Below, one piece after another: positions 36,785 through 47,318 of a stretch of DNA of 64,000 nt (the stretch's first letter is position 1; the number at the start of each line of letters is the position of its first letter). Position numbers and translations under genes: made by a program. This stretch comes from a virus (Duplodnaviria; Caudoviricetes), in IMG/VR virus record IMGVR_UViG_3300003316_000244, positions 1 through 64,000 of that record. The stretch is one strand, 5' to 3'. The notes beneath the pieces are model-generated. The model ran no database searches, was not told the origin of the DNA, and saw nothing but the letters and a program-made list of their open reading frames with translations.

Positions 36785-37915
36785 ATGGAAGATTTAAAAT
36801 TTGAAAAGATTGAGAAATTAAAAAGATCATTAGATGAATTAAAAAATAAAAAAAGTAAATTTTATTTTTTCTTACCACCAGTTAAGGAACCAAATTCAAG
36901 TACTTATGAAATTTTCTTTCATGCAAATACATTAAAAAATGAAGGATATGAAGTAACAATGATAATTGAATCTGATGAATATCAAAGACCCTTTTTTGTG
37001 GATAAAGAATTATTGGATGGATTATCATATGAAATAATGAGTTCTGGTAGAATTACTATGGGACCAGAAGATGTTCTAATTATTCCTGAAGCACTTACAA
37101 ATGTAATGGAACAAACCAAGGATTTACCAGCTATAAGAATAGTATTTCACCAATCAATTGATTATATGTATAATTCATTAATGTTAATGACTGGATATGC
37201 TAATCATGGTATTGTTAATGTTATTACTAATAGTGATGATATGACCAATTATTTAAAGAAAACAATTGGTGGAAATATAATGGATATAAAATCCTATACT
37301 ATAGGGATTCCTGATTATTTTAAACCGGATGATAAACCAAAACAACCAACCATTTGTTTTTTAACCAGAAATGCAAATGATATTACAAAAATTGCTAAAG
37401 ATTTTTATACTAAAAATCCAATGTACAACTTTGTTACGTTTGAAGCAATGTATAGTGATACTAAACCACCTAGACAATTATCCAGAAAAGAATTTGCAGA
37501 GAAATTAGGAAAATCTTTTGCCGCAATTTGGGTTGATAGAATTTCATCATTTGGAACATTTCCTCTTGAAGCAATGAAATGTAAAACAATACCAATTTCA
37601 TTGTTACCAGATTTTACTCCACCATATCTTTTTGATGAAGAAGGTAAATCTATAGAAAATGCTGGATTATGGTCAACTAGCACATATGAATTATCGGACA
37701 TATTATCAAATTTAGTTTCTAAATTTTTGGATGATAGTATACCAGAGGATATATATGAATCAATGGATAAAGTTGTTGATAAATATAATGTTGAAAATTC
37801 TAAAAAATCAGTTATTGAAATATATGATTATTTTTTAAATAAAAGAATTTCAAGTATAACATCAGCCATTGAAAAATTGGAACAAGAAAAAATAATAGAG
37901 AAGGAAAATATATAA
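36785..37915 (+). CDS. Glycosyltransferase, GT-B-like (GT4-type)
   Basis: DVLIIPE, C-terminal SSFGTFPLEAM.C motif typical of GT-B enzymes. Confidence 0.7.
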   Translation: MEDLKFEKIEKLKRSLDELKNKKSKFYFFLPPVKEPNSSTYEIFFHANTLKNEGYEVTMIIESDEYQRPFFVDKELLDGLSYEIMSSGRITMGPEDVLIIPEALTNVMEQTKDLPAIRIVFHQSIDYMYNSLMLMTGYANHGIVNVITNSDDMTNYLKKTIGGNIMDIKSYTIGIPDYFKPDDKPKQPTICFLTRNANDITKIAKDFYTKNPMYNFVTFEAMYSDTKPPRQLSRKEFAEKLGKSFAAIWVDRISSFGTFPLEAMKCKTIPISLLPDFTPPYLFDEEGKSIENAGLWSTSTYELSDILSNLVSKFLDDSIPEDIYESMDKVVDKYNVENSKKSVIEIYDYFLNKRISSITSAIEKLEQEKIIEKENI

Positions 37916-37924
37916 TATAAAAAT

Positions 37925-38707
37925 ATGATTACTGTAGTAATACCAATACATGAATATAATGATAAAATTGCTGATTTATTGAATCTTGGAATTAAATCAG
38001 TGGAAGATCAAAAAGATTTTGAAGTTGAAGAACTTTTAATTGTTTTTCCTTCAAAAATTAAAACTGAAATAGATAAACATTTTTCATCTGTTTTATTTGA
38101 TTTAAAAATATCATTATTAGAAAATGAAGGAAATTTTAAATTTCAGGATCAAATAAATTTTGCGGTTGAAAAAATAACAACACCATACTTCTCAATTCTT
38201 GAATTTGATGATGTTTATTCTAGAGTATATTTTAGAAATGTTAAAAAATATATTGATTCTTATCCTGATGTTAGTTTATTTATTCCATTTGTGTTAGAAG
38301 CAAGTGATGATAAAAATTCTGTTAAATTAATTAATGATCACGTATGGTCTAAAAGTCATATTGAAGATAGTTCAGAGTTAGGATTTTTATCAGTTAAAAG
38401 TTTACAAGCTTATAGTGTTGTTAATGTTACTGGTGGTGTTTTTAAAACTGAATCTTATAAAAAATCTGGTGGATTAAAGAGAAATATTGAATTAACTTTT
38501 TGGTATGAAATGTTACTTAGAATGTGTAATTCTGGAATGAAAATATTTGTAATTCCTAAAGCCGGATATAAACATCTAATAAATAGAGATAATAGTTTAT
38601 TCATGATATATAATAATACTCTCAATGATAAAGAGAGAAGTTTTTGGTTTGAAACTGCGAACAAAGAATTTCATTTCTCAACAGACAGAGTAATACTTCA
38701 AGAATAA
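37925..38707 (+). CDS. Glycosyltransferase family 2 (GT-A)
   Basis: ITVVIPIH, QINFAV, YFSILEFDD. Confidence 0.8.
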   Translation: MITVVIPIHEYNDKIADLLNLGIKSVEDQKDFEVEELLIVFPSKIKTEIDKHFSSVLFDLKISLLENEGNFKFQDQINFAVEKITTPYFSILEFDDVYSRVYFRNVKKYIDSYPDVSLFIPFVLEASDDKNSVKLINDHVWSKSHIEDSSELGFLSVKSLQAYSVVNVTGGVFKTESYKKSGGLKRNIELTFWYEMLLRMCNSGMKIFVIPKAGYKHLINRDNSLFMIYNNTLNDKERSFWFETANKEFHFSTDRVILQE

Positions 38708-38741
38708 TTAAAATAAAAATTATTTATGAACAGAATTTATT

Positions 38742-39539
38742 GTGGGAAGAAAACCTAAAAAAGAAAATACAGAATATTATTTTGGTGATCAGGAAGAAGA
38801 ATTTTTTCTAACATTCATCAATAGTAATGATCCAATACAAAGAGAAATAATATATAATAAGTATCTAAAAGAACCATTTCAAAGAATGGTTGAATCAATA
38901 CTTAGAAGATATCCAATTCACATTGGTAATTATGAAATTGATGAAGTTGAAAAAAATGGACTTTCTCATTTAATAGAAAACATGGTTAAGTTTGATCCAA
39001 CCAGATTAAGTAAATCAGGAAAAAAAGTTAAAGCATTTAGCTATTGTCAAACAATTGTTAGAAATTATTTTAGGGATCATGGTAGAAAAAGTTATCATGA
39101 AAAAACTACTAATTTAAATTATGATGATCATTCAAATGAAGTTGAATCTAGAGATGAATATATGTATGAAATTGATGTATCTGAAGACAATAAGATGCTT
39201 CAATTAATACAAACAATAGTTAGAAAAATAAAAGATCAATTAGTTGTTGATAAATCACTTAAGAAAAATGAAATAATTATTGGAGAAGCTATTGTTAATG
39301 TTTTAGAAAATTGGGATTTACTCTTTCTTGAAGATACTAAGTATGGTAAATATAATAAAAAAATAACTAATAATTATACTAAAAATAAAATTCTTCTTTT
39401 ATTAAAAGAGCAAACACAATTATCTACTAAAGATATACGAATTGCAATGAAACAATTTAAAGATTTATATGCATTTACAAAAAAGTCATTTTTTAATGAA
39501 GAAAATGATGAGAATGAAGAATTTGAGTTTGAAAATTAA
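38742..39539 (+). CDS. Phage sigma factor, probable late sigma (T4 gp55-like); GTG start
   Basis: YF...EE....F....D...RE.IY...L..PF..MVE.I...Y and KFDP...KAFSY..TIVRNY region-2-like segments; no clear region 4. Confidence 0.65.
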   Translation: MGRKPKKENTEYYFGDQEEEFFLTFINSNDPIQREIIYNKYLKEPFQRMVESILRRYPIHIGNYEIDEVEKNGLSHLIENMVKFDPTRLSKSGKKVKAFSYCQTIVRNYFRDHGRKSYHEKTTNLNYDDHSNEVESRDEYMYEIDVSEDNKMLQLIQTIVRKIKDQLVVDKSLKKNEIIIGEAIVNVLENWDLLFLEDTKYGKYNKKITNNYTKNKILLLLKEQTQLSTKDIRIAMKQFKDLYAFTKKSFFNEENDENEEFEFEN

Positions 39540-39569
39540 TTTGAACAGTATTTAAATAAAAATTTTAAA

Positions 39570-40499
39570 ATGGATGAAATAGATAAAAAAGCATATGAAG
39601 GTGCTTTAAAAAATTTTTATGCAAACAGACCAACAACTGGTAATCAACAAAGTAATATTGGCATAGAAGAAAAGTCACAAGCAGCATCTTCTATAAGTGT
39701 TCCATCTATTAATAAAATGGATCAATTAGATTTTGAAAAAAGATTAACACAAAATACTGATCCAGATTTAAGTGTTGGATATGAAATAGTTAAATTTCCA
39801 TCAAAAGGAATGTTTTACAGTAATGGTATTTCAGAAGTTGTAGTAGAATATATGACATCAAAAGATGAAGATATATTATCAACACATTCATTAATTGAAA
39901 ATAATACAGTATTTGATATTTTATTAAAAAATAAAATTAAAACACAAGGTATTGATGTTGATGATCTTCTTATTGGTGATAAAAATGCAATTCTATTATT
40001 TTTAAGAGCATCATCTTATGGTAAAGATTATGAAGTTAAAGTAAAAGACCCAAGAAATGGTATTTATTTTAATAGTAAAGTAGATTTAACATTACTTAAA
40101 CATAGAGAAATCAAAGAAAAACCAGACCATAAAATGGAATATGTTTTTGAACTTCCTATAAGAAAAAAAATGGTTAAATTTAGAATGCTCACAAGTAAAG
40201 AATTAGAAACTTTACTTAAAACAGCACAAAATAAAAAAGAAGCATACGGTACACCTTATAATGAATTCAATAGTCTTAAATTAAAAAGTGAAATTGTTGA
40301 AATTAATGGTAATAGAGATAAAACATATATTAATAAATTTGTTGATGCAATGCCAATTAAAGATTCAATTGAATTAAAAAAGAAAATTTTTGAAGTAACT
40401 CCAGATATTGATACCACATATACCTTTAAAACTAGTGATGGTTATGAATTTGATGGCTATGTTAGCATTGGTATAGATTTTTTTTTCCCCTTCAACTAG
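39570..40499 (+). CDS. Baseplate hub/tail assembly chaperone (T4 gp26-like)
   Basis: FPSKG.FY, VEYMTSKDEDIL, LLIGDKNAILLFLRASSYG..Y, F.LP......F..LT; ends GIDFF; upstream of tape measure. Confidence 0.7.
   Translation: MDEIDKKAYEGALKNFYANRPTTGNQQSNIGIEEKSQAASSISVPSINKMDQLDFEKRLTQNTDPDLSVGYEIVKFPSKGMFYSNGISEVVVEYMTSKDEDILSTHSLIENNTVFDILLKNKIKTQGIDVDDLLIGDKNAILLFLRASSYGKDYEVKVKDPRNGIYFNSKVDLTLLKHREIKEKPDHKMEYVFELPIRKKMVKFRMLTSKELETLLKTAQNKKEAYGTPYNEFNSLKLKSEIVEINGNRDKTYINKFVDAMPIKDSIELKKKIFEVTPDIDTTYTFKTSDGYEFDGYVSIGIDFFFPFN
40478..40487 (+). other. Predicted -1 ribosomal frameshift site (T9C)
   Basis: T TTT TTT/TTC slippery run; the -1 frame is open to ATG 40517. Confidence 0.6.
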
Positions 40500-40516
40500 C
40501 AGATCAATATAAAAAA

Positions 40517-40711
40517 ATGATAAAAGATGAGTGTTATGTTCTTGCCAAACATGGACACTTAGGTTCCATACAAGAAGTTCAAAAACTTCCAGTATGGGAA
40601 AGAAGATATTATTTATATAAATTAAATGAAGAAGCAATTATGCAAAAAGAAGCTCATGAAAAAGCACAAAGAGCAGCAAATAATAAAAGGACTTCTTTTA
40701 AAAGAAGATAA
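40517..40711 (+). CDS. Tail assembly chaperone C-terminal module (gp51/gpT-like)
   Basis: LPVWERRYYL motif; -1 frame relative to the upstream ORF. Confidence 0.65.
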   Translation: MIKDECYVLAKHGHLGSIQEVQKLPVWERRYYLYKLNEEAIMQKEAHEKAQRAANNKRTSFKRR

Positions 40712-40726
40712 AAGATATTGATCCTT

Positions 40727-40734
40727 GTATTTAT
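40727..40734 (+). promoter_or_regulatory. Putative late promoter GTATTTAT
   Basis: 17 nt before the tape measure start. Confidence 0.55.
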
Positions 40735-40751
40735 ATAAAATTATATAATTC

Positions 40752-43346
40752 ATGGCAAAAACTCCGGGTAAATCTCAACAAATAAGAGATGCTGCTGAAA
40801 GACTAATAAAACAAAAACTTGAAGAAATTGAATTAAATAAAAAAATAATTGATTCTTTAGGTTATATTAATGAAAAAGAGAGAGAAAGACAAAAACTTGC
40901 TTTAGACCTTGAAGCTGCACAGGAAAGATATAATAGTTTATATAAGCTATATGAGTTAAATTTTAATCAATTAGATGGTAGACAAAAAAAAGCATTAACT
41001 AAAACTCTTGCAGATTTAGATAAACAGAGAAAATTATTAATAGAAATTAGTAAAGTTGAAAAACAGAGAGTTGAAAATGCTGAAAAATTAGGTAAAATGC
41101 TTGCAGGAATTATTGTTCCTGCAACAAAAAGTTTTTGGACTTATCTACAGAATAGTGATAAAGCTATGAAAACACTTAACCTTAATATGGGTAAGTTTGG
41201 TACTGGTGCAGATATAGTTAGTAAAAATCTACAACAATCATCTATGTTTGCAGCAAGTTTAGGAGTATCTGTAGAAGAACTTGCTAAAATGCAACAAGGA
41301 TATTCTGATGAATTAGGAAGAGCTGTTATTCTAACAGAAAATCAATATAAAGCAATTACTGAAATAGCTAAAGGTACTGCATTAGGTGTTGAAAATGCAA
41401 CTAATTTCGCTGCTCAATTAGATTTAATTGGTGGCAATGCAGAAAATGCAAGAGATATAATTGAAGGTGTTGCAGATGCAACCCAAAGAATGGGTCTTAA
41501 TACTGGAAAAGTATTAAAAGATATGAATACCAATTTTAAATTAATAACAAAATATAATTTTAAACAAGGTGTTAGAGGTATAACTGATATGGCAATGTAT
41601 GCTGCAAAATTCAGAGTAGATATACAAGATGCAGTAGATTCAACAGAAAAAGCCAGAACATTAGAAGGTGCAGTTGATTTAGTTTCAAAACTACAAGTTT
41701 TAGGTGGACAATTTGCCAAATCTGACCCATTTGAAATGCTTTATTTATCAAGAAATGACCCAGCACAATATACAAAAAAATTAAATGAAATGACTAAAGG
41801 TATGGCAGCATTAGTTAAAACTGCAGATGGTTTTGATTTTAATGTATCAGCTTTAGATCGTGATCGTTTAAGACAATTTGCTGAAGCAACAGGTCAAGAT
41901 TTTGGAAAAGTAATGGAACAAGCATTGCGTCAAGGTCAAATTAGTGCAATAAAAAAAGAATTATTTGGTAAAAATTTAAAAAAAGAAGATAGAGAATTCA
42001 TTGAAAATTTAGCAATTCTTGATAAGAAAACAGGCAAATTTTTAATTAATGATAAAGATATTTCCAAACTTACTGAAAAGGAAATTGAACAAATGAAAGG
42101 ACAAAAAGCTACTTTAGAAGAAAGAGCAAAAGCTGCTCAAAATTTTAATGAAGCATTATTGAATACTTTAAATGAATTAAAAGCAGCAATGCTTCCATTA
42201 CTTAATGTTATTAATAAAGGTCTTGAATGGTTTAATGAATTTAGAGGTGGTATTAGTGAAACAACCAAAAAAGTTGCTGGAATGATATTGGGTGGTGGTA
42301 CTTTATTATTAGGTGGTGCTAAAATTTTATTAAATGTTGTTGGTGGTTTAAAAACAGTAATTAAAGGGCTTGGAAGTGCAAAAGGATTAGCTTCAGGTTT
42401 TTTTGGAGTAAATAAAAAGGGTGGAGGTGTTACTGATATTTTAACTAAGTCAACAACATCAGTAACACAAGCTAGTGGTAATGCTGGATCATCTGGTGGA
42501 GGTGCATTTGATAAAATGTTTGGAAAAGCAAGTCCAGCAAAAATAAATAGTTATGGTAAAGCATTTACAGGACTTGGTGTTGCAGCAGCAGGTGCAGGTG
42601 TTGGTATAGGAGCTGCAGCTTTTGGAATATCAAAATTAGCAGAATCAATGAAAGAACTTAATGGAACACAAATTGCAGGGTTAGCTGCAGTAGTGTTAGC
42701 TATTGGTGGTGCTATGTCATTAGTATTAGTTCCAGCAATATATGCTATTGGTGCAGCAGGTACTGCTGGTGCTGTTGGTTTATTAGCTATTGGTGGTGCT
42801 GCATTAATGATAGGTGCTGGTATTGGTGTTGCTGCAGCAGGTATTGGTTATTTAGCAACAGGTGTAGGTGATTTACTAGAATCTGCTTCAAAAGTTAATC
42901 CTAAAGATATTTTAACAATAGCAGGAGCAATAGGTGGTATTGGTATAGGAATAAGTACAATGGGTAATCCACTTGCAATATTAGGAACTGCTAATTTAAT
43001 GGGTATATTAAGTCTTTTAGAGAGTAAAGGGAATGTTGCAGAAACAGCAAATTCGATAAATAGTATGATTACCGCATTAAAAGGTAGTGGTGATGATTTA
43101 AAAACATTAGAATCTGTTCTAAAAAATATATCTAGTATGGAAGTTGGTGATGATTCTGTAGTTTCAAAACTTGCTTCATTATTTGATAAACCTTTGAAAG
43201 TTGAATTTGCACAAAAAGATGTTGGATTAAATGTTAATGTAGATTTATTTATGGATAAAGAAAAAGTTGCAAGATCACTTAATTTAGCCAAACGTGTTGA
43301 ATTACAACAAGTAGAACAAAAAAATGGTAAAGGTTCTGCTAGATAA
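40752..43346 (+). CDS. Tail tape measure protein
   Basis: 864 aa, helical Ala/Lys-rich, Gly/Ala-rich hydrophobic C-terminal segments, follows the chaperone pair. Confidence 0.8.
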   Translation: MAKTPGKSQQIRDAAERLIKQKLEEIELNKKIIDSLGYINEKERERQKLALDLEAAQERYNSLYKLYELNFNQLDGRQKKALTKTLADLDKQRKLLIEISKVEKQRVENAEKLGKMLAGIIVPATKSFWTYLQNSDKAMKTLNLNMGKFGTGADIVSKNLQQSSMFAASLGVSVEELAKMQQGYSDELGRAVILTENQYKAITEIAKGTALGVENATNFAAQLDLIGGNAENARDIIEGVADATQRMGLNTGKVLKDMNTNFKLITKYNFKQGVRGITDMAMYAAKFRVDIQDAVDSTEKARTLEGAVDLVSKLQVLGGQFAKSDPFEMLYLSRNDPAQYTKKLNEMTKGMAALVKTADGFDFNVSALDRDRLRQFAEATGQDFGKVMEQALRQGQISAIKKELFGKNLKKEDREFIENLAILDKKTGKFLINDKDISKLTEKEIEQMKGQKATLEERAKAAQNFNEALLNTLNELKAAMLPLLNVINKGLEWFNEFRGGISETTKKVAGMILGGGTLLLGGAKILLNVVGGLKTVIKGLGSAKGLASGFFGVNKKGGGVTDILTKSTTSVTQASGNAGSSGGGAFDKMFGKASPAKINSYGKAFTGLGVAAAGAGVGIGAAAFGISKLAESMKELNGTQIAGLAAVVLAIGGAMSLVLVPAIYAIGAAGTAGAVGLLAIGGAALMIGAGIGVAAAGIGYLATGVGDLLESASKVNPKDILTIAGAIGGIGIGISTMGNPLAILGTANLMGILSLLESKGNVAETANSINSMITALKGSGDDLKTLESVLKNISSMEVGDDSVVSKLASLFDKPLKVEFAQKDVGLNVNVDLFMDKEKVARSLNLAKRVELQQVEQKNGKGSAR

Positions 43347-43380
43347 TTATTATTTTTTTTGATATGGGTATTTAGTATAA

Positions 43381-46266
43381 ATGGCAAGTGGTTTATTAAA
43401 TAGTGATATATCTAAAAATATTAGAGAAAATGCATTAAAAAGGAATCTTTTTACTGTTAATAGTCCTTATGAAATTGATAATCCTAAATTAATTAATACA
43501 ATTAATACTATAGCAAACATTATTAATCCGGGTAATGCTTTTGATATAACAAATACAATAATTGGTAGATCATTACAATTAGGACCACAAACACCCTTAG
43601 TTCAAATAGGTAATAGACAATTACTATCAGCATTTACAAAACAAATTGCCCGTCTCGCAGTAACTAATGTATTGCCAACTGTAAGTATAACAAATTTATT
43701 TGATGGTGATCCAACAACAAAACTTATCACATTAAAAGAAGATTATGATATTACTGTCGATCAAAGTCAAACAAAATTACAAAGATTTATAAATGAAATA
43801 ACTGGAATACAAAGTAATTCTACACCTTTTAATAAAGATAGTACAAATATTGACTATGTAAATAATACAGGTAAAGGACAATTGAATTTAATGATTTCTC
43901 TATTGAATAGAAATTATTATAGACCAAGTAATCCTAATTTTATTCAAGCTTTAAATAATAAAGGATTAAAATTAGGATCAATTAATGGTCCTATTGTTGC
44001 AAAGAAATTTATAGATGAAAAAAATTTAGGTGATTTTCCTGAAGCGTTAACTGTTAATACAACATTATCATTTAATGAAGCAGCTTTAAGACAAAGAAAT
44101 CAAGATAGAATTGATGGAAATGAATATGGTGTAAGTAAAGAATCTATCGCAGATTTTGGTAAAACAAATGTTTTTATTAAAACTGAAGATTTATTATCTC
44201 CATTAAAATATGGTCATAGTGATGTAACAGGTGATACTATTACTTGGGGTTCTGACGATTTATTATCTTCATTAGATAATAAATTTTCAGCAAGAAAAGG
44301 TCTTTTAACTAAAACAGATGCTTTAATTAAAGCTCTTGGTAATAAAAAGTTTGCATCATTTGATCAAACACAAAAAAGATTGGTTGATAAAGATGGAACA
44401 CCTCATTTTAATGGTACACCATTCAGACAACATACTAAAATAGATCAATATGATAGATTTGAAAAAGCAATAAGATTTGTTGGTAATCAAATGTATAACG
44501 GTAATTCTAATAGTGTTGTAAATAAAACAGTTATACCTAAATTTCATCCTATTAGAGAAGGTCAAAATTTTAATAATAGAAATTTAATGTTTAGTATTGA
44601 AAATTTAGCCTATGTAATTAATAGTGATGGAGATACTGGTATACCATTAGAAACTAGTTCAGATATTAATAATAATGTAACCAGAGTAACAAAAACATTA
44701 AAAGTACCAAAAACTGAAATTGGTGATAATGGAGGTAGATTAATGTGGTTTATGCCATATGATTTAAAAATAGCTGAAAATGCTATAGCTAAACATGAAA
44801 CAACACAATTTATTGGAAGAGGAGAACCGATATATACATATAGTAATTCTGAACGAACTGCAACTCTTAGTTTTATAGTGTTAATCGATTATCCACCGCA
44901 AGTATATGGTAGAGATCATAATGAAATTGCAAGATTTTATGCAATGGGTGGTACTGGAACAACTACTTTTAATAAAGTTAGTGATGATGATATTAGTAAT
45001 AAAAAGAAAAGAATTCAAGATTTAAAAAATCAGAAAGATCAAATTAAACCTAAACAAGAAGCAGTTACTCCAGATTTATCTTTTACTAGAAAAGAAATTT
45101 CATTTTACTATCCAAATGATTATCCAAGACCGGGAGATAGTTTAAGTTCTAGCATAACATCAATAATCGCACTTGGATATGAAGATGGAAGTCCAAGTCC
45201 AATAGATTCAAATGTTAAAGGAGATACAGGATTAAATAAAAATTTTGTTGATTCAATTGATTCATTAATTAATAATGACTTAACTGATGATAAGTTAAAA
45301 TATTATAAAATAACTATAACTGGTAGTGCTACCAAATTACATACTACAGATTATAATTTGGAATTGTCCAAACGTAGAACAGGTGCAATGAAAAGTTATA
45401 TCCAACAAAGATATAGAGCAATAAAAGGTAAAGATTTAAATATCAATATAATTGAACAAGCTATTGGTGATAGTCAAAGTAGCCAACAAGGAGATCAAGC
45501 ATCAGCTATGTATCTTCCAAATATTAAAACTGAACGTTATGCTAAGATAGTTGTAGAATATAATGGTGCAACTAATAATGCAACTCAAACAATATCAGCA
45601 GAACAACAAGCACAAATTGATCAAATTAATGAAGATATTGAATCATTAAATACTGAAATAAATGTTGCAGAAAAACAATTATTAAAAAATGATTTTGTTC
45701 TTAGAAATATAAATGATAAATATCCTAGAGGATTTGAAGATGTTGATACAATATATTCACAAAAAAGAGTAGCACCTGTATTTCATTCAACAACTCCAGA
45801 AGAATTTCATAGAAGATTAACGTTCTTACAACAATGTACAAGACAAGGTTCTTCTTTAATTAAAAGAACTGTTACAAATGAAGGAATTTTAACTAGCAAA
45901 AATTCTGCATTTGGAAGACCTCCAGTTTGTGTGTTAAGAATTGGAGATTTTTGGCATACTAAAGTCATTATTGATAATGTTTCATATGATTATGAAGCTC
46001 CTTGGGATCAAAATCCTGAAGGAATGGGTATGCAACCAATGATTGCTAGAATTGATATTGGATTAAAAATTATTGGTGGTCAATCACTTGATATTCCTAT
46101 TGATGCAATACAAAACGCAGAATCATTTAATTATTATGCGAATTCAACATTCAGTAATACTGATGTTTATCAATTAGCAAAAATGATGGAAGAAGCACAA
46201 AGAAAATATAGTGATAGTGCTTTACAAGAGACAAGAAAAACTAAATTTCAAAATAATAGCAAATAA
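43381..46266 (+). CDS. Large baseplate/tube-initiator-like protein with internal OmpA-like domain
   Basis: GRGEPIYTY..SER.ATLSF and FG.PPVCVLRIGDF tube-fold segments; ITGSAT...YNLELSKRR OmpA-like motif. Confidence 0.6.
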   Translation: MASGLLNSDISKNIRENALKRNLFTVNSPYEIDNPKLINTINTIANIINPGNAFDITNTIIGRSLQLGPQTPLVQIGNRQLLSAFTKQIARLAVTNVLPTVSITNLFDGDPTTKLITLKEDYDITVDQSQTKLQRFINEITGIQSNSTPFNKDSTNIDYVNNTGKGQLNLMISLLNRNYYRPSNPNFIQALNNKGLKLGSINGPIVAKKFIDEKNLGDFPEALTVNTTLSFNEAALRQRNQDRIDGNEYGVSKESIADFGKTNVFIKTEDLLSPLKYGHSDVTGDTITWGSDDLLSSLDNKFSARKGLLTKTDALIKALGNKKFASFDQTQKRLVDKDGTPHFNGTPFRQHTKIDQYDRFEKAIRFVGNQMYNGNSNSVVNKTVIPKFHPIREGQNFNNRNLMFSIENLAYVINSDGDTGIPLETSSDINNNVTRVTKTLKVPKTEIGDNGGRLMWFMPYDLKIAENAIAKHETTQFIGRGEPIYTYSNSERTATLSFIVLIDYPPQVYGRDHNEIARFYAMGGTGTTTFNKVSDDDISNKKKRIQDLKNQKDQIKPKQEAVTPDLSFTRKEISFYYPNDYPRPGDSLSSSITSIIALGYEDGSPSPIDSNVKGDTGLNKNFVDSIDSLINNDLTDDKLKYYKITITGSATKLHTTDYNLELSKRRTGAMKSYIQQRYRAIKGKDLNINIIEQAIGDSQSSQQGDQASAMYLPNIKTERYAKIVVEYNGATNNATQTISAEQQAQIDQINEDIESLNTEINVAEKQLLKNDFVLRNINDKYPRGFEDVDTIYSQKRVAPVFHSTTPEEFHRRLTFLQQCTRQGSSLIKRTVTNEGILTSKNSAFGRPPVCVLRIGDFWHTKVIIDNVSYDYEAPWDQNPEGMGMQPMIARIDIGLKIIGGQSLDIPIDAIQNAESFNYYANSTFSNTDVYQLAKMMEEAQRKYSDSALQETRKTKFQNNSK

Positions 46267-46268
46267 TA

Positions 46269-46580
46269 ATGGCATTAGATGATTATAATAGATATGGTTT
46301 ATATAAGAAAGATTCAATTATTGAACAACCACCTTTTATTGACATTTCAGTAAATCCAGCAGATAAATATGAAGAATGGAATGAGGGTACAAGTAGATTG
46401 GATAAAATTTCTTTAAAATATTATAATAATCCATTATATGATTGGCTTATATTAATGGCAAATCCTTCTTATTTAATTGAATTTGATATTCCCGATGGAA
46501 CTATTATTAGAATACCATTTCCATTAGAAAGAGCTTTAGGTGAATTTAGAACCAAGAGTGTTAGAAAAACAGAACTATAA
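46269..46580 (+). CDS. Baseplate wedge protein (gp53/LysM-like)
   Basis: RLDKISLKYYNNPLYDWLILMANP...IPDG..IRIP. Confidence 0.75.
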   Translation: MALDDYNRYGLYKKDSIIEQPPFIDISVNPADKYEEWNEGTSRLDKISLKYYNNPLYDWLILMANPSYLIEFDIPDGTIIRIPFPLERALGEFRTKSVRKTEL

Positions 46581-46589
46581 AAAATATAG

Positions 46590-47282
46590 TTAAACTACTT
46601 TAATTGGCAAATATTCAGCATAATTTTGAATTAATTTTAATCTATTATTTTCCCATTCTTGATTTACCATCCCTACTGACTGATGTAGTATTCTGATATC
46701 AGTTATTACACCAATTTTTATTTTATCAATAAAATTATCTAATGAAAAGCTTATATCGTACATATGAAATCCTTTAAAGTTTTCATTAAATTCCCAATTG
46801 CTAATATCTGGATTAACAGCAATAAATACACCATCAATAACTGCAACTTCTTTAATATTTTTTATTTCGTATGAAAATCTGGTTGTCCATTCTTTAAAAC
46901 CATCAGTATGATCAACAATTCCATAACAAGTTGCTTTATTATTCCACCAAATACCATTTTCAGTTAATTCAGTGCTACCAGCCAATCCAATAACACCAAA
47001 TTCAGGATTAGACATAAATTTATTTATTAAAATTTTACCCCAATTTTTTGTTTTAAATTCAATATCATTATGACAGTAAACAATAATATCATCATCTCTA
47101 TCTGTTTCAAAATACCTAGAATATCCAATATTATATGCTTCGGAAAGAGAGTATTGATTATAATTTTCAACACATATTATTTGAATGTCATCAATTCCTG
47201 AAGTTTTTTTTATTTTTTCCTTGAAAATATTGTCATATTCTTTTCCTTTGTGTGAACTAAAAATTACTGTTAAACTTTTCAT
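46590..47282 (-). CDS. Glycosyltransferase-like protein (GT-A)
   Basis: SLSEAYN.G, IIVYCHND, GVIGLAG, IDGVFIA, FNE...GFH.YD. Confidence 0.75.
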   Translation of the reverse strand: MKSLTVIFSSHKGKEYDNIFKEKIKKTSGIDDIQIICVENYNQYSLSEAYNIGYSRYFETDRDDDIIVYCHNDIEFKTKNWGKILINKFMSNPEFGVIGLAGSTELTENGIWWNNKATCYGIVDHTDGFKEWTTRFSYEIKNIKEVAVIDGVFIAVNPDISNWEFNENFKGFHMYDISFSLDNFIDKIKIGVITDIRILHQSVGMVNQEWENNRLKLIQNYAEYLPIKVV

Positions 47283-47318
47283 GATATTATTAAAACGTAA
47301 TTTGTTTTAAAAAATGTA

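Noticed and set aside
40752-43346. Gly/Ala-rich hydrophobic region as a pore-forming toxin
   Set aside because: Normal for the membrane-spanning part of a tape measure protein in this position.
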